A stretch of DNA of 64,000 bases, taken from NCBI GenBank assembly GCA_002633005.1, contig NMRA01000105.1, positions 186,001-250,000 of the forward strand. Direction: 5' to 3'. This document shows positions 29,381 through 43,243 of the stretch, one piece after another. The notes below the pieces were generated by a model. It saw only the letters and a list, made by a program, of their open reading frames with translations, was not told the DNA's origin and did not search any database. The stretch's first letter is position 1. Each line of letters begins with the position of its first letter. The stretch comes from Phoronis australis (taxonomy: Eukaryota; Animalia; Phoronida). The position numbers and the translations under genes are program-made.

Positions 29381-31710
29381 TTAGTCTTTGTTACCATCTT
29401 AATTGGTCTATATCCACATCGCCTCTTATATGGTTGACCTCACCATGCTGAGAGGTGTCGTGTTAACCTGTGAGGAAGGTGAGAAATGACGCAGCGACAT
29501 CAGTGGTTAATGCAGGGTTAATGCCGCTATGTTGAGGTGCATCGTTCCCGCTTGTCCGCTGCGAAGAAAGCAGATATATCGTTTTGACGACTTCTTCGAG
29601 AGTCCGAAATGCTTAGGAAGTGGCTCGCAGAAGTGAAGAATGAAAAGTACGCTGTTAATAGCAAGTATGAGGCCATGAAACATCTCCATGTGTGTTGGCC
29701 AGCATTTTGTCGACAGTGATTTCTCTGACGAATTCGGGATTGGCGCCGCGGGGCGAGTTGCCATGTATATGTTTATTATCTTGCTTTCTGTTTCAAAGTG
29801 AATTATTCTCACCCTAACCAATGCTTATATAAAACTGAAACAAAGTCCGGCTCATTAGATACAATTTGTAATGCCTTTGGAGTATTCCTGAGTGCTGATG
29901 TTTTGAGAAGCCAGCAATGAATAAACCACTGTGTTATTGGCTTTTTATAGATGCAATAAAGGCAACTGACCAAGTACCGAGGCCGTGAGAATGCATGCTA
30001 ATTCAGTGTTTGCTGACAGAAAGCATGTTGTGAAACAATAACTCGATTTTATATGCTATGGTCACATGTTAGGGGAATCTTTATTTAGATATACAAATAC
30101 ATTATTCAAATCATTGTTACTGTACAACCTTTGCCCTGACGGCTCTGTGGAAGGGGAACCTGACTTCGCGCCCTCCCCCCCAATAAGTAAATAGATTTTC
30201 AGTTTCGTGGCTAATTCACCTAATTAATTTCAAGCACATTATTTCTTTGGCTCACTATTATAGTCTTTTCATGACTGGAAGTTTAGTTTCCAATTTAAGC
30301 GTTTTTGTGTTCGTGATGTCTAGTCCCGGTGGCCGTGTCGGGTCTGATCGCGTTCCGAGCCACTGGCAAGGAGTAACGAGCGTTTTGTGTGTTTAGAACT
30401 GAAAAAGTCGCAAGTCTAAAAGTACAACACACAGCTATGTTCCAACGTCTGTATTTCATGGAATAATGATTCGAATTTATCTCCAAACAGACCCAAACTC
30501 CCGCGATCGACCATGGTAAATTGGCCTACCGAACTCTGTAGGCTACAGTATTTTCAAATACCCATGAAGCCGTAATAATGAAATAAAACAACACGTTTGT
30601 TCAAGAACTCGATGTATTTGTAAGAGGTTTACATCGAATTTTGATGATTTTTTGGAGTAAAACGACAAATTTAAGCGATAAGTTGACACCAGTAAGCGTG
30701 TTGTGAATGGCTGAACCAGACTGCGTTCGAACCAATTACGTCACTGGCTAATTTCTATACCTCCGTCTGCCATTAGGTGTCAGGTAAAACAACTGAACTT
30801 GCTGTTATTGAGTGGAACTACTTGATCTAAATTGATACAAATAGGTTGTTTTTGGGTGGCATGCTCCTTTAACATCATTAAAGACTGAACAAATATGTCT
30901 ACAATCCTTCAAATCTTTCCTTAAGCAATTGCTAAAGGCATGCAAGGAGAGTAGACATTAACACTTCTTAAATTTACTTTGAAATACTTTTTTGAAATCT
31001 TCTTAGAACAGAAACAACACCATTATATTCTATAAAGTTGGTTTATACATCGAACCCACTTTTCACATGGATCACACTACCGAAATCACCATCAGAAGTA
31101 TACATATCTCTAATAAATCTTAAGCCTTTTACATGGTCACATGACTTGATTTATTAAGTCAGGCTGGTAGGAATTCAAAAATCAAATTCTACACATTTTC
31201 TCTTTCAGTAAATATCTACCTTTACCTAGTTAAACTCTATAATTTTGTCGATACTTGACTGAATGCACAAACTTGTTGACAAGGTCAACAATAACGTGTT
31301 GTCCAAGTCTGTTACACCACTCAAGTCTCAAGTGTACTATTAAATCAGGTTGATATGAAGCTATTTTGTATCCAATTTATAACACACTATCTACTGACCC
31401 ACTCCCACTGAACTTTAAATCTATTAATCATTCTACATTATATAACAGTCCTCAAAAGAAGAAACAAGGAATGCCACATCAATGCCATTCATTGCTAGTA
31501 GGTTTCCACTATATGCATTATGCAATATTCTAAATGGAATGGATTAGCAGACAATTGAACAAACAGAAGCCCTGTTCACAACAGGAGTTACACAAGAACA
31601 AGTTACCCCTGGAACCAGTTGTTTACTTGTAGTGTGGAAGCTTAATTTGCCCTGGTCCAGTTTAGCACAAGTGTGACAATAACTCACCTTACTTGTTCTA
31701 AGGTACCTTG

Positions 31711-31866
31711 CCCAGAACAAGTCACAGTGTGGACATGGTTACAGACCTTACCCAGAACAAGTCACAGTGTGGACATGGTTACAGACCTTACCCAGAACAA
31801 GTCACAGTGTGGACATGGTTACAGACCTTACCCAGAACAAGTCACAGTGTGTACACAGTTACAGAC
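31711..31866. repeat. 40-bp minisatellite x4
   Basis: Unit CCCAGAACAAGTCACAGTGTGGACATGGTTACAGACCTTA. Confidence 0.95.
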
Positions 31867-34619
31867 AAAGCAGAAACAATTACCAGCTAAGCCCTTACTA
31901 AGTTACTTGCTGGTGTCTAATCCTGTTTAAGGGTGTCTAATCCTGTTAGTGCCTTATTTGTGGCATGTTGTTGGATGTGAAGTGTGGATGCTAGGTTAGG
32001 TTGAACAGGGTGGTGGGGGGCAAGTTGTTCGGGGGGGGGGGGNAGAAGTGTGGGTTGATGGGGGGACGGCCCCAGGCATCCACATCAAGGGGGCATCCAC
32101 TAAATTACAGCAAATTAACCTTTTGAAATTGTGACTAATTTGTAATAAAATTGAATAAAGTTTCTATTTTATGATACGCCTTTTTTACTTTTCTTAGTAC
32201 CAGGGACCATGCATTTGAGTACAAGGGGGCATTCAATAAAGAATCACCCTGGGCATCATAAGACATCGGCAAACCTCTGCACCTTACAGTTGGGCCCGAT
32301 GTATAAACAGATCTGGGCAGGATGCTGTAGTACTTTGAACTAGCATAACACTTAAACATCTGAATACACTGTAAGGACATACAATCACTCATGCACAAAC
32401 ACACTTGATCCTGTTGGCAACTTACACCATCTCTCTTCTACAAAATCTAAAAATTAAGTTTTTCTAAGAACTATACTTTGCACTCAAATAGTAGTATAGT
32501 AGTATTATTTGATTGACTTCATAAAAGCGCTAAATAGCAATTTCTTGATACAAACCTTTGACAATGAATAAGCTCAGTGTTTCCCCAACAGTAAAATGTT
32601 TGTAAGAGTTTCTCAGTTTATCAGAAAAGTCCAGGATAACATTGTTGTAGGAGAGTGTGATGACATATGAAGAACTCCCTTTGTTTAAAATTTCATTGTT
32701 TACCTTTGGCGAAAATATATTCACGGTTTCACAGACCTACAATAGGTGGTTCAAAGTCTCTGTAAATTGGCCACACAAGTAGGAAAAGTCGTTATTTGCA
32801 ACTTGGATCAGCAGTAGTTTTAAAAATAATTGTAAACAAAAACCCAAACTGAGTCCACCAAAGCCTAGGGTTTCTTGTTGTGTTCTAAGTAAGGGCACTT
32901 ATAAGATCTTGCGATAATCCCACACTAACCACAGAGATAGCTTGACCAAACTTTAGAAATGAACATAAGCCGTCCCAAATTGTCCCAAATTCAAGAATTA
33001 CAAAATAGACACAACTGCCCATTCTGAATTTTCTGATGTGGTTGCGGCTATTATGATGATTTTATTAGACTTTATTGATACAAAAGGCAGTGTCCCATAT
33101 TTGAGAAATATAATGGACGCCAAAATTGCCTAGGCCGTCCCAAAGCCTAGAAAATTCAATTTAAGTTTGAAATTCGCTGTCCCAAAGCTTAGAATTTTTA
33201 CTAGAAAACAATAAATAACCAGTTTATTAAATAAAAACAGAACACCTTACCACTGTATAACCATAGAAAATAAGACGTCTAAAACTTGTCTTATTTCACA
33301 ACTTCATTTTTGTGAGGATGACAAAATTATTCAAAAATACTCGACAATCAAACAGGAAGTCACAAGGTTATAGTCATAACAGTGATCAATTTAACTGTAA
33401 CGGACCAAAAAATACACAGAAGTGGTAGTAGACTCACAACCTCAGCCCTCTAACTTGACAGCAGAAGAGAGCAATGCGTTTGTAATATTTTTCTGCCCTC
33501 AACAAAATATTTTTGAGATCTTTAGCCTACAAAGACAGCAGGATCACCAAGCCAATAAACAGTCGTATTTTGAGTACCGGACTAGATAAACACAAAAAAC
33601 AGTAATAAAACTTTAGGTGTGTGTGTGTATAATTTTGGTATATAAATAACTGCATATCAGGAGCTTGTCTAAAGACCACCCACTGACATACAACCAATGC
33701 AGGTGTCTGGTTGAATTTGATCTTGAATGTTCAACAATCATACAAATCAGTTATGATTGCAGCAGAGTAAATTTGATCTTCATTAGAGATAAATCTGTGA
33801 ACCATTTCAATTTGTGTATTTGAGTTCATAATGAATCCAGGGACCAGTTAACAGCCTTAAGATAATCAAGGTTCGTGGTTATTCATAGGATCCACTCAGA
33901 AAAGGTGAAATGACAGGAAGTTGTCTGCAGGAAGGAACGTAATGGGCATGATAAAAGTTGCAACGAATTCCTGACGTGCCGTCTGTAAACGCGAGAACCT
34001 CACAAAAATGCAAGATCACACATGACTTTGTGAGATGTTGCCATGTACAAGCTGGCTAAGCACATGACCATAATAGCTATATCTGTGAGAGTCTTGCGTC
34101 TACGGAACTCGGCCCTGCGTGTTCACTCGAGTCTCCACCTTGGCTTCACTTTCTGTGAAATGTGATCAGGTTCAACTTGTTATAAATTAATTTGAAGACT
34201 GCTGATGAAGTTGAAACTCTTGTGTAAATTTGAGTTGCAGTGCGTGCAGAATGTGTGTGTCCAATCTGGAAAGGAGGCTCCATGCAGCTGACGATTTCTA
34301 GTGCTAAGGAACAAATAGTGGCCAGTGGTCAGTTTCACGACAACTTTCAACTTTCAAAGTTTTGCATAAGAACGTCACTCACTTAACATCTGATAGTAAT
34401 TGCGGCAAAAAGTTATGCAAAAGTAAAAAAATCGATAGTAACTGCGGCAAAAAGTTATGCAAAAGTAAAATAATCTCTTAGGAAAACCTTGCAGCCACAG
34501 TAGCTGAATGTCATCAGTGCATTTTGGGGTACAACAAAATGCAGATGTCCCAAAGTTTATTGGGCTACTACAGCAATTCGAGAAGCGTGGTAGGCAACCC
34601 TCATGTCATCCTAGATCCA

Positions 34620-34743
34620 CCACTGCAGATGACCACTACAGATGACCACTGCAGATGACCACTGCAGATGACCACTACAGATGACCACTACAGATGATCA
34701 CTGCAGATGACCATTGCAGATGACCACTATAGATGACCGCTGC
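34620..34743. repeat. 13-bp minisatellite x9
   Basis: Unit CCACTrCAGATGA. Confidence 0.95.
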
Positions 34744-35834
34744 TCTCGTTACCCATGCAACTTATGCTTTTATAAATGCTTGAAAATTTCACCAGTTACG
34801 GGAAGATTTCTTTTCTCTTTGTGAAACGGGCCTGCAACAACCAACACTAGGTAAAGACTGGATTCAAATCACTTGAGTGTCAAAACTATACTGTCTTTTA
34901 GATGAGTATACCGGTGTGTTAAGAAGTCCAAGTTTGTTGGAGAGTTAAGTGAATTCAAGAGACACCATGCAAAATGTAGGACGTAGAGGACCACTGTTTT
35001 GTGAGTTAATCCCAGCCCTTTAACTCGCATAGATCAGCGAAATGGCTGCAACTGAAGTGATTGGACGACGAGGCTGGAAATTATTGAATTATGCAAGTGA
35101 ACGCATTGCTTCAGCTCCACAAGCCAAGATTTTTCACTGCAAGTGTCTCATAAGTTATATTCACTAAAGGAACGTGCTCCATAACTACACCATGCTCCAT
35201 GTTGGCTGACTGTTATAACTCCTAAATGTAACTCCTTCCAAAAACTAAGAAGTTGAACTCGGCAACTAGCCAGGATTTTTTCGCACATTTCAAAGACTAT
35301 GTTTCAGTTTCAACTATGACTACAGAAAGTGTTACCGTATATAGCATTGCACTTCACAGACTTTGATTTTTGTCAAAGGGTCGCTCTTTCCATTCAGCCA
35401 CAACACTGTACTAGTAGCCTCCCCAAAAAACTAATCCAACAGTTTTTGTCTCATTTCCCAATTCCAAACAATCCTGAAAATTTCATCAAAATCAGCCCAT
35501 AACTTTTTTTAAAGGTTTTAAAACAGTGGCTGGCTGACAGACTGACTAGTGACAAAAATTATAAAAACAAAACAACCTTCTAACTATGCTAATGTATAGC
35601 AGGAACTAAACATCATCTACACTAAACAATGTGCAAATGTCTTCAATGACAGCTTGTAAATGTGAAAACAAAAGATTCCGCAAATAGGTGACATTTGCAA
35701 TAATGACGTACCTCGGGAGCTCTAATAGCCTGCATCATGGAGTGTTATTCATCAACATCGCCTCACGATACTTATAGGTGGATCATCTTCAACACAAAAC
35801 TTGTTCTTAAAAACATTTGGTAATTTTCAACATA

Positions 35835-36078
35835 CCGTAATCGTTCGGGTTAACGCCCATGCTCAGTTAACCGCCCATCCCCGACTTTAAGTGGATTTTC
35901 GATTTAACCGCCCACTGCTCGGTTAACCNGCGGTTAACCGAGCAGTGGGCGGTTAATTGGAAATCTTCAAAAATAGCAGGGGGGCGGTTAACCGAGCAGT
36001 GGGCGGTTAAATCGAAATTCACCTAAAGTAGGGGGTGGGCGGTTAACTGAGCATGGGCGTTAACCCGAACGATTACGG
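35835..36078. mobile_element. Palindromic MITE, CCGTA-ended Tc1/mariner (pogo/Tc2-like) type
   Basis: 43-bp perfect TIR CCGTAATCGTTCGGGTTAACGCCCATGCTCAGTTAACCGCCCA, TA on both sides, internal GGGCGGTTAA subrepeats, single n at 35929. Confidence 0.85.
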
Positions 36079-39000
36079 TAGGTGGATCATCTTCAACACA
36101 AAACTTGTTCTTAAAAACATTTGGTAATTTTCAACATAGTTCATATTCACATCATCACTATACGTCGTGTTTCTAACTAATTTGAAAACGCAATCACAAA
36201 TATAAGGAATTAGCCTGCAAGATCCACTTTAACCCTATATAACTCGATGGAGAACAGCTGTTACTTAGAACTAAGCTCCAAAATAACAAATATTGCATTG
36301 AGTTATTTACTAGTAAAATATTGTATTTCAAGAGTTCTGGGGATATCGTTTACAAGAAAACAAGGTAACGGAGATTTTTTTAATTTCCAATACCTACAGG
36401 TTTGTTTGTATTGTTCAAATCAAATCAGCACTGATGGATTCACAGGACAGATAAGCCAAACTCAAACACACTCAATGGGACATACAACTCTCAAAAGTCT
36501 CATTCATAAATATGACTTGACTTAACTGTGTAACCCGACCAGGTCGAGAGGCTTTATCAATGAACCAGCGTCTAGATGGGATAGAATTCTATATCCCGTC
36601 TTTGTTAACAAAAGTGAGCTAATAAAGATCAGCTTGAAGTTGAACAATAACACATAAGCCTTTTTCCTGCCCAGCTATTGATGCTCGAGACGGATGTTTG
36701 GCGGGCAATTTTCACACTAAACGACGCTTAATTATTTAAAATTTGCAACAGATCAGCTTACATGTTTTCTGCTACAAGACCGTCCTGAACTGAACTGTCC
36801 TCCGTGGTGGAGGTAGAAAACTACATTTCGTGAATTACCTTAAGTTCTCAAAAGGAGTTGACTAATGAAAGCAAAGAAAGGTACATAGCCGATCTATACA
36901 TATGCTCATCTTTTCGTATGCTTAGTACACTACATTGCCACTCACTGTGCCTAACGACAAAACAATGAATTCCATAATAATTTTCACAAAGCACCCAACA
37001 GCAGAAGGGTACGGTAAACAGGAAGGGAACTCTGGGAGAAATGTGAGAAACACGTGAAACATTATGGGAAAATACTGCAAAAATCAAGACTGGCATTGTT
37101 ACAGCTAGTATTTCAGGATGGAGCTCTTGGTTTGGTACAAACTTAAGACGAGCGACGAGCGCAGATGATTAGCTGGGAGCTGTGCTGTTCGATTCTTGAG
37201 TGAACTGTAGGTCAGTCAATGAGTCGATTTCAGTTACTCGAACACAGCCAGCAAAATGCTCAATGATTCTACTAACACTGATAGATGGCACGAGAACAGG
37301 GAAGATATTGAACGCACAACCTACATTGATAGGACAGCCAGTGCAAGAGACAGAATCTCTAATGACAGCGACAACCACTTAGAGCACAAAACGACTCTTG
37401 TCACTTACAGTGGTCCCACATTTTTAAAACCAGTCTTCTCTGAGACCTCTGTTAGTGACTACTGCCCACAAAACAAGTATACCGGCTATGTAAACTGAGA
37501 TTCAGACCCCGACAGGTGGTGAGGGTGCACTCAAAATTAGAACAAGTAAAATGGTATTGAAAGTGCCATTGCCTGTAGAAATACAATTCAGACTTTGATC
37601 GTAATACGCAAAGCAACTGTGGCATCCAGAGAACAGAAATAAATGAACCAGCTATTGCGTTAACCGTTAAAACCAATTTAAAGGTTATGATTCTCCGCTT
37701 GAAGATTGAAAAATCTGCACTAAAAATTAACAATGGTTGGTTTAGCCATTGCAGCTCAGTGTGAACATTACAACTCTATAGGTGGCGCTGTTGTCAAGTC
37801 TCTTTGGAGACAGTGGCGATTCCAAGTACTAACTGGGTGAATCAGAAAGCAATAGCCCTGGCTGGCGACTAAAATCATGAACTAGGATTAAAAGCGCTCT
37901 AGCTATTGGTGCGAATCGTAATGATTACATAACAGTTGGAAAAACTTACACTAATACATGTGGTTGGTTTGAATGCAATTCACAAGAACCAGAAGACTAC
38001 TTCGTCATTTAGACTTGAAAATACTTTTGGAGAGGATGAACCTCACTTCCATGTTATTGCAAACTCTAAGTATTTCACACCATTCAAACTACTTCGCACC
38101 ATTCGGGATTCCCAGACATAATTAACACCAAGTTAATTCAGTCTCCAAAATCTCTATTTGTTGTCTGTGCAATGTGTGGTCGTTGATTAAATGCGAGGTT
38201 TTTCATTAACCAAACTTTAATACAACAGAGCACTGAGCCTAGACCATATTCATTGAATTATTTACACACATCTTGAGCTCAAAACATGTTTCCTATCACA
38301 TTTCAAGGGAATTCTTGAACAAAGAATGCGCGGACAATCACAACCCTTTATTCCATTAACATTAATTTCCCCTTAAAAGTCACAAATTACCAGCGGAATA
38401 TTTGAGGTTTTCATGTGAAAGACGTCAATCAGACCAATCTGAGTTCGTCCAACTTGTTCTGAATGACTGAAGTTAACCTCTCTGTTGTTGGCCTGATACC
38501 AGCTGATACTGCACACACTATATATATTCAGACAAAACCACTCCGAAATTCCCCATGACTGCACACAAGTGAAATTCATGGACACAATTGCCAACTGTCA
38601 TGACAGGGAACCAAAGGAAAATTACTAGAAAATTAGTAAGAAGTACTAATCTACTAATCTGTCATAAGTTCATTGTCAGTCACTTAAGCTGTAAAGTGTA
38701 TTGGTGGGAAAAAAAACATTTTCTCAAATACTTTTGGCACAGAAAGTATGGTGTAACAATGAAAGATTGCTTGACAATGAGCCATAAGTTTCCAAGGAGC
38801 ACAAAACCATCAGATGACAGATAAAATGGGAAAATTATTAAGGAAACTTTCAACATTAATGTTATTTAAAAGCAAAGGCCTACATATAGCAATTTTTAAC
38901 TCTCAGGAATAAACTGCAGTCTAGGACACCACATTCAGCACCTTAGCCAGGTTTTGTTGAGCCTCAGGATAAGAAACATTTGAACAAAGGGAAGTCATAA

Positions 39001-40264
39001 CAATTGGACACTCTCTCATTGTTACATTATAAGGCGATCTGAATGGGGTAAACAAGCGGATAAACACAACAAACAAACAATAGGATAACAAAACCTCTTG
39101 ATTTTCACAAGATGACTTGCCCAGTCAACTGCACCCCCCACACACAAGTACACACACAGTTACAAAGTGATCTGAGAAAATCCGCAAGTTAAACACTACA
39201 GAGGTCCTTATCCACAATATGAGTGTAAAACATGTGTTTTGAATAGGAACAGAGCGGATATTTAGTCTGTTACACTTTACCCCTTGTAATAAATTTGGGT
39301 CAAAACTGGCTTTTGCTTCTAGAAAATTTTGAAATTTTAGCTTATTTTGGGGTGAACAACAGGAATGTGGAATGTTTGAGAAGGTTTATAGGTCTGGTGA
39401 AATGAAAACGTGTCCAATATTGTTTGATATATGACAAACTGATGTATTCCTAATCCTTGCATTTTGAATTGCTTCACATCTTTTCTCAAAGTCCAAGATA
39501 AGTTTTCTCTTTTCTCAAATGCAGACATAACAAGTGTCAGAGTGGTTTTTATGTAACATTTCTACATCACTAGGGCTAATAAGGGTCTGGAGCACTCATA
39601 AATGAATAAGTACAAACCAGGCGGAGTGACATTTACCAGGAACCTGAATAGCTTGCCATTGAAAATGATGACAGCTCAGTAACCAATGTGTCACATTTAA
39701 CATAACTAGATTACATAACACTCAGGTAGGAACCACAAAATGTTCTATTCATGGCTCTATTCAAATCTTTCTCACCATCACCATGTTATAATTACTATTT
39801 ACTTTGCATAACCTACCAATCTCACAGATGATTTTTGAAGTCAAGCCTTGAATCGAACTTCCTCAAGCAATTGCCAATATTTGACTATTTCTCTTCACCT
39901 TTGATGTTTTTTTGTAAAATAAAATTATCTTATTCCACTGTCAGCTTTCTCACCAGAATGTGACAGCTTCAAGGCATTAATTCAATAATTGCGTTTCATT
40001 TCATTGTTACTGTGAAATTGTGGTTTATTTGGCACACAGACATACCAGATGAATGGTGGTCTTGGAAGTTTGATGACAAGTTTAAGTTTTGAAACCTGCT
40101 CAAGGGTGAGAGAATCACTAGAGAGGAATCACTACAGCTTCTCAAAAGAATCTACATGGCAAACATGAGGAAATATTGACTAAATATGTACACTGAAGTA
40201 CAAAAGTACATTCACTTATAACTAACACACTGGTGCTGTAAATTGTTATTTTGTAGTCGCATAA

Positions 40265-40749
40265 GGGCCTTTCATACTAATGTCGACGCGTTGATGGTTT
40301 GGGGAGTTGCGGTCAGTCCTGGATCGCAGTTAACAGCACCAGTTAACATCGCAGTTAACAGGTGGATTTAATAGCGCAGCGTCGACGCTGCGGTGCAGTA
40401 TGAACGCTTAACTTCGGTCCAATCGAAGTTACCGCCAGGTGCCACTGTTATCGTCAACAGTTACAGGGTAGTGTCATCACTAATAGCTGCTTATATTTTG
40501 CTCTAATAACAACTAATCGATTTAAAAGTAAGTTTAATGTCATTTAGCACATGTAAAGGTTCTCAAATTATCCCACTGAAAAAAATATTAGCGTGTGGCG
40601 CTACCTTGCGATAACTTCGATGACGACAATGTCACCAACCGCTTACTTCAATGTTCATTAACTATCGAAGCCAGTATGATCAGTCCAGTAAACTGCGCTG
40701 CTTACATCGACGCTCTGCTCAGACTGGAGTTAAGTCAATATGAAAGGGC
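40265..40749. mobile_element. PIF/Harbinger (Tourist-like) MITE
   Basis: TAA|GGGCCTTTCATACT...AATATGAAAGGGCC|TAT imperfect TIRs. Internal GCGCTACCTTGCGATAACTT is shared with 41081-41525. Confidence 0.55.
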
Positions 40750-41080
40750 CTATAGATACCTATCAGCAGACAGGGTTATCTTAATTATCAAGATAAACTT
40801 TAGGTATTGTACATTTAGTGGCTTTTGAAGCATATATCAGAATGGGGTTAGCACAAAGCAAATGTTCACACAGGTAACAATTACAAGCTCTTGACAGAGC
40901 CCATAAGTTCATAGGATGTGTTTGGCTGACAACGTCAAAAAATGCCAAAATATTTTGCGACGACTAAAATAGTAAGTGTGCTGATGGGCACAACATTCCA
41001 TGACATGAAAAGAGAGCTTTATATGGTCAAGAGGTATTGCCAAAACAAAGTTTTAATCAGGCATTGCATTTTACTGTGAA

Positions 41081-41525
41081 GGCCCTTTCCCAATAACATT
41101 GACACTTCGGTATTTCGCAGAGTATCGGCCAGTGGGAAAGCTAAATTGGGCCTTGGTTTGAAGTTAAAAGCACAAACTTTAGAGAAAACCTTTAGTTGAA
41201 TTTAACAGTGAAAACAATGAAATGATACAGAGCACCTGCGGTGAGAACTTTAAATTTTGATGTTGCTGCAAAGAAAGGCATGCATCCATTAAAAATTTAC
41301 CAAAATGTTTCTTCAAATATTTCACTATTCTGCGTCTATCGGCATTTCATTTCAGTTCAGTTCTGAAATGTACTTGATTCTTCATATTTCAAAAATTATA
41401 CATGGACATTAAAAACTTTGATAAAAAAATCACAGCGCCACCTTGCGATAACTTTGCTGACCCTAGCATCACCAGGCAATAACTTTCATGTAGGTCATTT
41501 AGTACAAAAGTCAATGGGAATACCC
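41081..41525. mobile_element. Related Harbinger-like MITE, degenerate
   Basis: GGCCCTTTCCCAATAAC...GTCAATGGGAATACCC termini, internal GCGCCACCTTGCGATAACTT. Confidence 0.45.
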
Positions 41526-41892
41526 TACTACTACTAGAAGATACTTAGTGCTGCTCACATAGATGCACCTTTAGCAGTAGATTCAACCCAATCAGATAAG
41601 ACCAAAACACACCACGATACACCCAAAATTGATTCGGCTACTTAATGCTTCTGACATTTTCAAGATCAACACGTAATCTGTCACAATCCACCTCATACAT
41701 TATAGGTGGAGCTAGCTAATCTTCCAGCCACCACTCAGCCAAAGTGGGTCAGACACTTATAAGCTTCTCCAAATACAACAAATGAAGGCAATCCCATTCA
41801 GGCTCAGGAACACAAACCAGGTCAAAGATCACAGGTTATCACACCCACAAATGACTAAAGAGTCTGAATAGAACAAACATAAGCCCACTCAC

Positions 41893-42185
41893 CATCCCAT
41901 CACAGAGGTTTACGTTCACGTTTGACGTCGCTTCCCCGTTGACATGTCCCGAATAAAAACAGTCGGTTACGTCAGATGTCACTATCTGTGACAGATTGTG
42001 ACGCAGAAGCAGTAGGTTAGGTGCAATAAATCTGCTATCACTCGTCAGCTTGACATACAGATTCTTTCCAAACGCAGCTAAGGTGTAAGAGACGTCGCGC
42101 TTCGGGCGATTACTGTTGTGCTCGAATTTTCCAGAATCCGTCTGATCATAGTCAAGTCTTGGTATTGTTATTTCTGTATGACGGC
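41893..42185 (-). CDS. ADAMTS-family metalloprotease, exon 2 (M12B propeptide)
   Basis: Reads (G)RHTEITIPRLD...YTLAAFGKNLYVKLTSDSRFIAP...CFYSGHVNGEATSNVNVNLCDGM, which are classic ADAMTS prodomain motifs. Acceptor TGACAG, donor ATG|GTGAGT (phase 0). Confidence 0.9.
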
Positions 42186-43161
42186 CTGTCAATGAAAATA
42201 ATAAAATTTTTACCACAAAGGGTCAATTGCAATATTTTCACTGAATATTACAGGTTTGAAAGTCAAGTTTGTTCTATTTTGACCTACCTGCTAATCTGTT
42301 CTGTCACCTACAAAACTTCCAAAACTGGATTTTTTTTAAATTACCTCATGATACAAACGTGCATCTCAAGAACCAAGATGAGGACATCTTAGTACAGGAT
42401 TGTTAGACTAAAACTTGCAATAGAAAGAAATGGATAAGTCCAATTTTCGCATAACTCAAGTAAAAATGTGCAGCACAGTTGTTACAATTCATAGCGACTA
42501 CATTCAGTCTATCAGATAAGTTGGATTTAGCCTTACTCATATTAACATCTCAGTCCTGAATTGGACCCAACTTCAGTGTAAGTTTTAGTTTTACTAATCT
42601 AGTAACACAGGACTTCAGTGTTCATTTATAGCAATGACAAAAATAAAACTAAAACATTCAAACAAACAAAATGTTTTTAATTATTTTTCAGAATCTAGAT
42701 AATCATCATCCCATCACAGACGCTCACTTATCAAGGATCTAAATAAAGTTCAGAAACAATGCGTAAAAGGGAATAGTCGCATAGATGGGTCCCCGATTTG
42801 TTAACCACTTAATACCACTGAATAACACCAGTTGTTCAGTAGCAGCAACTGGTTGTCAACTCACTTTTACATCAGGGAGCCTTGTCTCACACTCACTGAT
42901 TTAGATTACACCCAGTGTCAAACCAGGAATAACTCCTAATAACCATTCATAAAAATCATTTTCGTTGTCAAAATATCGACTTCTATATTTCCCCTGTTTA
43001 ATGGCAATTAATTATGATTGGTCCGACGGCCACCGCTACTCCTGCATATTCTGTCTTTTGCTTAACTCACACGTGAAAAAACACTTAGCAGTCATTCGAC
43101 CCGCCGGTTGGGCTTAACTGCCGAGTGCAAACCACTCAACGAACTATACGGTACTACTTAC

Positions 43162-43243
43162 CGATTTCTTCATTGGACGATTCAGAAAAATGCAAAGTTG
43201 TGAGACATAGAATTGTCAAAACCGCCGCGAAGCACCTCATCAT
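43162..43243 (-). CDS. ADAMTS-family metalloprotease, coding exon 1 (signal peptide)
   Basis: ATG at 43243 reads MMRCFAAVLTILCLTTLHFSESSNEEI(G), a hydrophobic signal peptide. Donor G|GTAAGT is phase 1, matching the next exon. Confidence 0.8.

Noticed and set aside
29507-29821. ORF with HGLI...EPLP resembling an ADAMTS prodomain exon
   Set aside because: No suitable acceptor before the motif, the sequence looks repeat-derived, and 9077-9221 fits far better.
34200-34222. Second hammerhead-like CTGATGA..GAAAC
   Set aside because: Only 4 nt lie between the boxes, so stem II cannot form, and there is no stem I.
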